Shown here one piece after another: positions 28,023-35,209 of a stretch of DNA of 41,630 nt. Numbering within the stretch: the stretch's first letter is position 1; every line of letters begins with the position of its first letter. The stretch covers positions 1-41,630 of the forward strand of contig CAYMLJ010000002.1 of assembly GCA_964391395.1 (NCBI GenBank), read 5' to 3'. Below the pieces are notes generated by a model. That model saw only the letters and a program-made list of their open reading frames with translations. It had not been told where the DNA came from and did no database searches. The position numbers were made by a program, and so were the translations under genes. This stretch comes from an uncultured Ruminiclostridium sp. Lineage in GTDB: Bacteria; Bacillota; Clostridia; DSM-8532.

Positions 28023-28120
28023 AATAATGCAAACCTTTAATTGACAGGGTAAACAAATTTGGTACAATAAGTGAGTGTAGAGATAATTAACAGCGGAGGG
28101 ACAAGGTTGAAAAAGAATAG
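28023..28120 (+). repeat. Copy B of the promoter-like repeat module
   Basis: It contains TTGACA (28041-28046), a 16-nt spacer, TACAAT (28063-28068), GGAGGG (28095-28100) and a TTG at 28107. That TTG opens only a 16-codon ORF. Aligns with 25897-25990. Confidence 0.6.
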
Positions 28121-28209
28121 TAAATCACCTAATAAGATTAGAGGGCAAACCAAATAGACCACCATATGCTGGTCAAAAACTTGAAGATTGAAAATTGAAT
28201 ACGTTAAGG

Positions 28210-29457
28210 TTATGCAGTTGCTGACTTAATCCTGTAACCTTGAAATCTTGCCATTAATATAGCCTGCTCTATTGTAATTATTCTGTCGGCAGGAAGAGTA
28301 TCTGCGTTTCTGTAAAGTTCGGCATTGTATGATTCTTTTTTCTTTAACATGTTGTATAATGCTGTTAGAAGCATCCTTGCTATTGCAATGATTGCTTTCT
28401 TGTGGCCGCGGCGTTTTCTAAGACGAAGGTAGCGGTTGCGTATTTCTGGGTGCTTTTCACTCTTCACCACAGAGTTGGCGCATTGCACCAAAAGTGGCTT
28501 GATGTAGCATCCGGCTTTGGAAACCCGGACGGATTTTTTCTTCCCTGCACTTTCATTGTTGGTAGGGGTAAGACCTGCCCATGAGCATAAGTGTTTCGCC
28601 GAAGGAAAAGCCTCCATATTGACACCGATTTCTGAGATTATACTAATCGCAGAAAAGATGTTTTTAAACGATGGAGCGGTTAGGATTAGGTCGAGTTCTT
28701 GCTGATAGGGCTTGGCGAGCGCAAGAATCAGTTTTTCTAGCTCTTCTTTCCGGGATCCTAAGTCCTCGCAATGCTTTCTGACAATCTTTAATTTCCCAGC
28801 CTGTTCCGGTGTAATATAACCGTCAATGGCGAGTTCCAGTTCAGGAAGTTTATTCATCATGGAACCATGAATTAAAGGTTTAATGTCAAAAGAAGTATCC
28901 AGAGGATTTTCAAGAATCTTATCGAGAATTTTTTGAGAGCTTTTTCCAAAAGTATCCGACACAACGTTTCCCAACTGAATGTTGGAAACCGTGAGACAGT
29001 TTTGGAGTCGATTCTTTTCGCTGGACATAAAACAGGTTAGCTTGTAACGATAGCGCATAAGGTCACGTAGCTGACGAATATCGGCAGGGGGCATAAAGCT
29101 ACCGGCAACAAGATCATGCTTAAACAGGTCAGCAATCCATTTAGCATCCTTCTTGTCAGTCTTTTTACCACGGATAGCCTTAACATACTTAGGATGTGCA
29201 AGTACAATAAAACAGTCCTTTTCCAGGACGTTGTACACTGGGATCCAGTACTTACCAGTAGACTCCATACATACATCCTTGCAATTAGTTTCAAGTAGCC
29301 ATTGTAACAGCTCTTTCAAACCTTTCGTGTAGGTAGAAAAGCGATGGCTCTTGTAGGTAGTAATACCTTGATTATTAGTGGAAGCGATGCAGGCAACAAC
29401 AAAGGTTTTGTGAACATCAATCCCACAACAAATTTTGTACACGATTTTTAAAGCCAT
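28210..29457 (-). CDS. IS110-family transposase (DEDD_Tnp_IS110 + Transposase_20 domains)
   Basis: MALKIVYKICCGIDVHKTFVV N-terminus (the GIDVHK motif), a central ...DKKDAKWIADL..., and C-terminal SWAGLTPTNNESAGKKKS. I prefer the ATG at 29457 with an AAGGAG RBS. Confidence 0.9.
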   Translation of the reverse strand: MALKIVYKICCGIDVHKTFVVACIASTNNQGITTYKSHRFSTYTKGLKELLQWLLETNCKDVCMESTGKYWIPVYNVLEKDCFIVLAHPKYVKAIRGKKTDKKDAKWIADLFKHDLVAGSFMPPADIRQLRDLMRYRYKLTCFMSSEKNRLQNCLTVSNIQLGNVVSDTFGKSSQKILDKILENPLDTSFDIKPLIHGSMMNKLPELELAIDGYITPEQAGKLKIVRKHCEDLGSRKEELEKLILALAKPYQQELDLILTAPSFKNIFSAISIISEIGVNMEAFPSAKHLCSWAGLTPTNNESAGKKKSVRVSKAGCYIKPLLVQCANSVVKSEKHPEIRNRYLRLRKRRGHKKAIIAIARMLLTALYNMLKKKESYNAELYRNADTLPADRIITIEQAILMARFQGYRIKSATA

Positions 29458-29468
29458 AGGGACTCCTT

Positions 29469-29660
29469 TCCGAACTAGAAGTTCAAAAAAATTATAGGGA
29501 GAAACGGCATTGACTGAACGCCTAACATTTAAACGAGATTGTTTAAACAAAGATAAGGTTACGTACTCAAAGGTACACTTATTTGTGCTTGAAAAGGCGA
29601 TCTACACATATAAAAATACGGTCATCTGAAAAACAGACGGCCCACTCACCTCCCCGTGAT
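29469..29660 (-). ncRNA. Candidate IS110 bridge-RNA-type non-coding leader (hypothetical)
   Basis: The non-coding stretch 5' of the transposase contains several short hairpins on the minus strand (TTTAAAC/GTTTAAA, GTAC/GTAC, TCTG/CAGA). The assignment rests on position only. Confidence 0.3.
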
Positions 29661-29772
29661 TTGTAGTGTACCGGATATCCCTATGGGATCGATTATAAAG
29701 CAAACGAAGCTCAAAGGCACCAATTTCATTACGTTTTGTGCCTTGAGCGAAGCGAAAGGAATGGATATAAAA

Positions 29773-30330
29773 ATGAGAGAATACTATGAAATTAAAATTG
29801 CGGGATTGACAAGGCAGCTTCCTCTCTGCCCTATCAATAAAGATTTGTATATTGGAGCATTCATATTGTTTGGAGATGTTGAGCTTACTGTTGCATGTGC
29901 AGAAGAATTACTCAAAAAAGCTCCGGAGTATGATGTTATGATTACAGCCGAGAGTAAAGGTATCCCGCTTGTTTATGAAATGACGAAACAAGCAGGCTTG
30001 AATAAATATCTTTTGGCAAGGAAATCCGCCAAGCTTTATATGAAAGATGTTGTCAATGTTGAGGTGCAATCTATAACAACTGAAAAAAGGCAAGCACTTT
30101 TTATAGACAGAGATGATGCCGAATACATGAATGGGAAGAGAGTTCTGATTGTGGATGATGTTATAAGCACCGGTGAATCGGTCAAGGCTGTTGAAAAGCT
30201 TGTACAGGAATCAGGGGGCATAGTAGCCGGACGAATGACCATATTAGCCGAAGGCGACGCTAATAAAAGAGATGATATTATTTTCTTGGAACATCTGCCG
30301 CTTTTTGATAAAAATGGAGATGCGCTATAA
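29773..30330 (+). CDS. Type I phosphoribosyltransferase (Apt/Xpt-like)
   Basis: 185 aa from the ATG at 29773. PRPP-binding loop VLIVDDVISTGES. The upstream 39 codons of the track ORF look non-coding. Confidence 0.8.
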   Translation: MREYYEIKIAGLTRQLPLCPINKDLYIGAFILFGDVELTVACAEELLKKAPEYDVMITAESKGIPLVYEMTKQAGLNKYLLARKSAKLYMKDVVNVEVQSITTEKRQALFIDRDDAEYMNGKRVLIVDDVISTGESVKAVEKLVQESGGIVAGRMTILAEGDANKRDDIIFLEHLPLFDKNGDAL

Positions 30331-30345
30331 ATAAAACAACACTTT

Positions 30346-30368
30346 AGCCGCTTTAAATAGCGGCTTTT
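30346..30368. terminator. Shared hairpin between the convergent PRTase and TIR genes
   Basis: AGCCGCT (30346-30352) pairs with AGCGGCT (30359-30365). The U-tracts are short on both strands. Confidence 0.45.
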
Positions 30369-30430
30369 AGTATACCCTAATATTGAATTCAATGTTGATG
30401 TAAAAATAACTATCGAATCTCAGGGAGCTA

Positions 30431-33400
30431 TTAATTGATGAACATCTCAGCCTTTTCTTTTTCTGTAAGAGTTCTGCCGTTTAGTTGCCTGTTCGCTTCA
30501 TCCAGCAGCATTTGTGTTGTATAGTATGGCATAATATATAGCGTGGTAGAACCGCTTCCTGTTGTTATAGTAGTAGAAAAATCTTCATTTATATCAGAAA
30601 TATTTGCAGATGCAAGGGTCTTTAATGTGGCAGCATCAAGTATATGTGTATATGAAAGGCCTATTAGTGCTATTTTATCATTGTTTTTGCTGAATACCAC
30701 CTTTTTTAGCGGAGTTGGGAATTGCTCCTTTTCAATTGTTTTTATTAAATTACCGTTAATGGTATCAAATATTGAAATGCTTTCATCAACAAACTGAACG
30801 AATAATAGTTTTTTATCAGGGCTGAGAAGCAAAACAGATTCCTCGGCGATAAGATTATCCAGTGAAACTTTTTCATTAAAGGTATTTTCAATGTCATAAA
30901 TTTTTATACTTTTATTTTTGTATGAAAGTACACAGGTTTTCCCGTCATTACTAATAACACCGTTTGTAATGTCTTTGTCCTCAATATTGAAAATCATATT
31001 CTTTGACTTTATATCGATAATGCTTGCCATATTATTTATATTAATAAAGAATAGCTTATCATCACCTATAAAAGCGCAATAATCAATACTGCTATAATCA
31101 ATAACATCAATAATCTTTAAATCCGGAATAGAGTAAATCGTTATTTCTTCATATGAGGGTATAGCTAAAAGTGATAGGTCAATATTTGTACAAAAGTCAA
31201 AATAAGATTGTGACTGAATTTCAGATAAAACAGTAAAGTCAGAGGTTTTAATTGCTTTTAAGCTTCCTGATGTAAAAGCTACTAGGATTATACTATTCTC
31301 ATCAACAAATATAACTTTTGAAATAGTGTCGTTATAGTTTGCTGAGAGTAAAAGTTTATTATTTGTTAAATCCCAAAGGTAAAGCTCGCTGTTGTCATAT
31401 GTATAAGAAACAGCAAGCTTACCGTCTTGTGATAAAACAGCATTATGTATTGCTTTATTGTGGCCTTCCAGATGTTTAGTATTTTCATTGACTATAGGTT
31501 TATATATATATACTTTTTTTGAGTTCCATAATGAAAAAATAAGTTTACCCTTTGAATGAGCTACCTGATAAATTGATTCGTCCCGGCTTATGCGGTAATC
31601 AGTTATATCATTAGTAATGTTCATTAACCAAAATCTTATTGTTCCGTCGTAGGAGGATGAAATAATAATATCATTAATTATTTGATAATCGGACACTGAA
31701 TCACCATGGATAAATGTAGTTTCTATAACACCTGTTTTTATATCGACCACTTTAATTTTTTCGCCTTCCACCAAGGCCAGTTTTGTTGGATATGAGGAGA
31801 AGAATGTGGCTTTTTCGATATATGAATCCGGGAACATAATGGAAGATTTTTTACCATCGGGAGAAAATACTTCAAGGGAACCTTTTCCCGGATCAAGCAG
31901 ACCGAGTTCTTCACCAAAAAAGTTAGAAATAATGGCAAGAGAACCATCTTCAGAATAATCTATATCAGATATATTATCATAATTTGTTTTATATGTGTTA
32001 ATTAAAGAGTATGATTCCATATCAAACACGAAAGCCTTTCCGACAGAAGTGCCGACAGCAAGAAACTCACTGTTTTTACTAAAAGTCATGCATGATACGT
32101 ATTTAATCAGATCGGTTGAATCAGACGCAGTGGTCATTAAGCAATCAACATCAATAGTATTTAAAACGCTGCCGGAACTTACATCAACAAAGCTTATTTT
32201 CCCCAGGCTATAATAGGCAAGAATATTTTTATGTGCCGAATATGTCATATTTGATGCGTAATCGGTAATCTGCCATATAGAATTGCCATAGATATCCACA
32301 CAAGTGATGTAATTGTCATAATTCGATTCAGATAATGCTACGGCTATAATTGTGTTATTATCAATAAAAAGAATATCCCCATCCACAGGAAAGCCTTTAT
32401 TAGTAAACACTTTACCAAGCGGCTTTCCGTCTTCGATATTCCAAAAATAAATATAGCCGTTTTTACAGTTGGTCAATAATGTTTTGCCATCAGGGCTTAT
32501 ATCGAGGTAGTTAGCATCCATATCATGATCTAGTACTATATCTCCGTCAAAGTAGTAATCTGCTTCATAAACCGACAGTGCTTTTGACATTGCATATTCC
32601 GCTTCATGTACATAAGGCCTTTCAGGATTTGCCATATCCTTAGGAAGAGCTGCTTGTGCAGCTAAAATAGCTCTGTATCTATCCCCGCCTTCGAAATACC
32701 TGTTTGATATGTCAGCAAGATACCTTGATTGGCCTATTTGGGTTTCTTTTATTTGGGCTGTAATTTCTATGTTTTTCTGATTTATTTCATCAGATTTTTG
32801 ATTAATCTCTTCGGATTTCTTACTGATTTCCTGTGATTTCTGATTTATAATAAAGGCCTGATATGTACTAAAAGATCCAAAAGCTAAAAAAAATGCAGAT
32901 AATGATATGGAAGCTGTAAGCACAGCCTTTATCAATCTCTCCCTGTGACGTTGCTTAAGGTCATCATAGCTGCAATTAAGCATTGGCGAAAGTAGACGCA
33001 GAATCTCTGTTTTAAGCTTCTTAAACATCTCTTTTTCGGACACAGCCCTAATGTCTGCAGCTAGTGGCTCCACCTCAACGATGGATTCTATAATTGAACC
33101 ATCCTCCATAGTCTGGGTTTTGTTTATAAAACGCAGTTGTTCCGGAAAGGATTCATTTGGCTCGCCCTCGATTAGTAGTGCAAGGATTTTATTCTGACCA
33201 TGAAGCTTTTTAAAGGTCTCGATTTCTTTTAATACCCATTGAGACTGAGGTGTTCTGGGAGAGCAAATGACTATTAAATAATCAGAGGCCTCCAATGCTA
33301 TTGTAATATTTTCAGCAAGATTAGAAGATGTAGGCAATTCGTCCTGATCTCTAAAGACTCTGTTGATTCGCTTTTTGCCTGATGATTTTACAATACTTTT

Positions 33401-33505
33401 TGGTATTTTAAATGTCTCAAGTAACCGGTGAAGCCTTTCAGCAATGGCTTTATCGGGCTCTGTATGGCGATAACTGATAAAAGCATCATATTTGTATAAA
33501 TTCAT
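30431..33505 (-). CDS. TIR domain / single TM helix / coiled coil / tandem WD40-like beta-propeller protein
   Basis: 1024 aa. aa 4-125 have TIR hallmarks (YDAFISYRH, LIVICSP, W90xxxE94). aa 191-220 are hydrophobic (LIKAVLTASISLSAFFLAFGSFSTYQAFII), preceded by KQRHRER. aa 222-256 form five heptads. aa about 330-1000 hold many blade-like repeats (IYFWNI, GTIRFWL, LYLWDL, IKIYDI, ISIFDT). GAGGAA RBS. Confidence 0.85.
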   Translation of the reverse strand: MNLYKYDAFISYRHTEPDKAIAERLHRLLETFKIPKSIVKSSGKKRINRVFRDQDELPTSSNLAENITIALEASDYLIVICSPRTPQSQWVLKEIETFKKLHGQNKILALLIEGEPNESFPEQLRFINKTQTMEDGSIIESIVEVEPLAADIRAVSEKEMFKKLKTEILRLLSPMLNCSYDDLKQRHRERLIKAVLTASISLSAFFLAFGSFSTYQAFIINQKSQEISKKSEEINQKSDEINQKNIEITAQIKETQIGQSRYLADISNRYFEGGDRYRAILAAQAALPKDMANPERPYVHEAEYAMSKALSVYEADYYFDGDIVLDHDMDANYLDISPDGKTLLTNCKNGYIYFWNIEDGKPLGKVFTNKGFPVDGDILFIDNNTIIAVALSESNYDNYITCVDIYGNSIWQITDYASNMTYSAHKNILAYYSLGKISFVDVSSGSVLNTIDVDCLMTTASDSTDLIKYVSCMTFSKNSEFLAVGTSVGKAFVFDMESYSLINTYKTNYDNISDIDYSEDGSLAIISNFFGEELGLLDPGKGSLEVFSPDGKKSSIMFPDSYIEKATFFSSYPTKLALVEGEKIKVVDIKTGVIETTFIHGDSVSDYQIINDIIISSSYDGTIRFWLMNITNDITDYRISRDESIYQVAHSKGKLIFSLWNSKKVYIYKPIVNENTKHLEGHNKAIHNAVLSQDGKLAVSYTYDNSELYLWDLTNNKLLLSANYNDTISKVIFVDENSIILVAFTSGSLKAIKTSDFTVLSEIQSQSYFDFCTNIDLSLLAIPSYEEITIYSIPDLKIIDVIDYSSIDYCAFIGDDKLFFININNMASIIDIKSKNMIFNIEDKDITNGVISNDGKTCVLSYKNKSIKIYDIENTFNEKVSLDNLIAEESVLLLSPDKKLLFVQFVDESISIFDTINGNLIKTIEKEQFPTPLKKVVFSKNNDKIALIGLSYTHILDAATLKTLASANISDINEDFSTTITTGSGSTTLYIMPYYTTQMLLDEANRQLNGRTLTEKEKAEMFIN
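32738..32845 (-). repeat. Imperfect 21-nt tandem periodicity encoding the heptad segment of the TIR protein
   Basis: Encodes QKSQEIS/KKSEEIN/QKSDEIN/QKNIEIT/AQIKETQ. The + strand shows recurring ...GATTT units, several of them 21 nt apart. Confidence 0.6.
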
Positions 33506-33653
33506 CTTATTTCCTCATTATCCATATTAATAACAGATTAATGTTTAAAAATCTGTGTGTCAAGTATTGTATCTTGATTATTCCAACTAAACAATTATTA
33601 TGGTAACATAAACATAATTGACAAAATTAAATGCATGCAAAGGACAATGTTAT

Positions 33654-35144
33654 ATGACATTAAAAGAATTACTAAATTACGAAGAAATCACTATTCAATG
33701 CCACGACAACCCAGATGCAGATACTATCGCCTCAGGATTTGCCCTATATACTTTTTTTAAAGAGAACAAAAAGCAAGTTCGACTAATATACAGCGGCAGA
33801 GCTAAGATGACAAAATCTAATCTGGTAATCTTGGTAAAGGAATTATCTATACCTCTTGAATATGTAGATAATATTGAAGTTTCCGGGCTGCTGATAACTG
33901 TAGATTGCCAATATGGTGCAGGTAATGTAAAGAGATTTAAAGCTGATAATGTAGCAATAATAGACCATCACCAGCAAGAGATTACTGATGTTCCTCTAAG
34001 CGAAATAAGGTACTATTTAGGTAGCTGCTCAACACTGGTATGGCAGATGTTGGAGGAAGAAGGTTTCAAAGTTAATGAACACCCTAATGTTGCCACAGCA
34101 CTCTATTACGGATTGCTTATAGACACCAATGGCTTTACAGAGCTACATCATCCCTCCGATAGGGATATGAAAGATATTTTGGATCATGATTCCGAGCTTA
34201 TCCGAAAACATAAAAATTCAAATTTAACCATGCACGAGTTGGAGATAGCGGGAATAGCTCTACTAAGAAGCTCATACAATTCAGCCAATAGGTTTTCTAT
34301 TATAAAAACCCAACCATGCGATCCCAATATACTCGGGTTTATAAGCGATTTAGCTATTCAAGTTGATTCTATTGATGTATGTATTGTGTATCATGAAATA
34401 GAAACAGGAATAAAATTTTCTGTTCGCAGCTGTGTTAAAGAAATTATGGCCTCTGAGTTAGCAGAATATGTTTCTGAAGGAATCGGTTCAGGCGGAGGGC
34501 ACAATGACAAAGGCGGCGGTTTTATAAGCAAGAGTGAGTTTATTCGCCGATACCCTGCAATTAATGCTGACGAATACTTACTTACTCAACTGACAAAGTA
34601 TTTTGGCAGCTTCACAGTTATTGATTGTGCATTAGACAAGCCTGATATAACTACTATGGAAATATATAAGAAACGTCCTTTATTACAAGGGTATGTAAAA
34701 TGCACCGATGTATTTGAGAAGGGAACGCCAATAATAATAAGAACACTGCAATGTGACATGGATGATTTGATCTCTGATGATAATATTTATATTGTAATAG
34801 GAATAAAGGGAGATGTTCACCCTGTATCAAAGGATAAATTTCTTATGGGATATAAAATCATAGACGAGCCTTATGAGATTGAGACCCAATACTTTCCCCA
34901 TATTCGCAATAAAAATACAGGACGCATTGTTGACTTACAGCCTTATGCTAAAAAATGTGTATCTAACGGAGAGGTTAATATTTATGCAAAACCATTGTCA
35001 GAGACCGTAAAAGTATTTACCTTATGGGACAGGGATACATACATGCTTGGAAAGCCCGGCGATTATCTAGTAGTAAGGAAAGATGATGAGAATGATATTT
35101 ATACTATCCCTAAGGATATATTTGAAATTATGTATGAAAAATAG
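33654..35144 (+). CDS. DHH/DHHA1-family phosphoesterase with extra ~170-aa C-terminal region
   Basis: Motifs in order: HDNPDADT, ITVDC, IIDHHQ (DHH), LLIDTNGF and GGGH (DHHA1). I prefer the ATG at 33654 over the track's TTG at 33618. aa about 330-496 match nothing I recognise. Confidence 0.85.
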   Translation: MTLKELLNYEEITIQCHDNPDADTIASGFALYTFFKENKKQVRLIYSGRAKMTKSNLVILVKELSIPLEYVDNIEVSGLLITVDCQYGAGNVKRFKADNVAIIDHHQQEITDVPLSEIRYYLGSCSTLVWQMLEEEGFKVNEHPNVATALYYGLLIDTNGFTELHHPSDRDMKDILDHDSELIRKHKNSNLTMHELEIAGIALLRSSYNSANRFSIIKTQPCDPNILGFISDLAIQVDSIDVCIVYHEIETGIKFSVRSCVKEIMASELAEYVSEGIGSGGGHNDKGGGFISKSEFIRRYPAINADEYLLTQLTKYFGSFTVIDCALDKPDITTMEIYKKRPLLQGYVKCTDVFEKGTPIIIRTLQCDMDDLISDDNIYIVIGIKGDVHPVSKDKFLMGYKIIDEPYEIETQYFPHIRNKNTGRIVDLQPYAKKCVSNGEVNIYAKPLSETVKVFTLWDRDTYMLGKPGDYLVVRKDDENDIYTIPKDIFEIMYEK

Positions 35145-35146
35145 TA

Positions 35147-35180
35147 TTGCATTATTATACATTTATATGTATAATAATAC
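35147..35180 (+). promoter_or_regulatory. argF promoter overlapped by a 12-bp perfect inverted repeat (ARG-box-like operator)
   Basis: TTGCAT (35147-35152), 17-nt spacer, TATAAT (35170-35175). ATTATTATACAT (35151-35162), TTAT, ATGTATAATAAT (35167-35178). Each half resembles the TGAATAATTATTCA ARG-box consensus. Confidence 0.5.
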
Positions 35181-35209
35181 ACATCTTATTGAAAGCGGTG
35201 GTATTTAAG

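Larger units (their letters stand above)
28125..29700 (-). mobile_element. IS110-family insertion sequence (ends approximate)
   Basis: A single DEDD-type transposase gene. Its upstream non-coding region is long (the 315-nt gap to the next gene) and its downstream one is short (under 90 nt). No terminal inverted repeats are visible, which is typical of IS110 elements. The ends cannot be fixed from one copy. Confidence 0.7.

Noticed and set aside
28107-28157. 16-codon ORF (MKKNSKSPNKIRGQTK) behind the near-consensus promoter and RBS of repeat copy B.
   Set aside because: It is too short, and the matching position in copy A has no start codon. It is probably the stump of a truncated gene. I report it only as part of the repeat finding.
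29709-29751. An 11-bp-stem hairpin (GCTCAAAGGCAC...GTGCCTTGAGC) upstream of the PRTase, considered as a purine or PRPP riboswitch.
   Set aside because: It lacks the three-way junction and the conserved loop nucleotides of purine riboswitches. It may be a leftover terminator, or the IS110 target or flank.
29773-30330. The PRTase as a functional partner of the TIR protein (for example in NAD or nucleotide salvage).
   Set aside because: It is convergent and not co-transcribed. It has an ordinary type I purine-salvage-like PRPP loop, and there is no evidence beyond adjacency. It is left as a plain CDS.
35147-35209. 21-codon upstream extension of argF (MHYYTFICIIIHILLKAVVFK).
   Set aside because: It is translated from the promoter and ARG-box palindrome. 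OTCase homology starts at the ATG at 35210.
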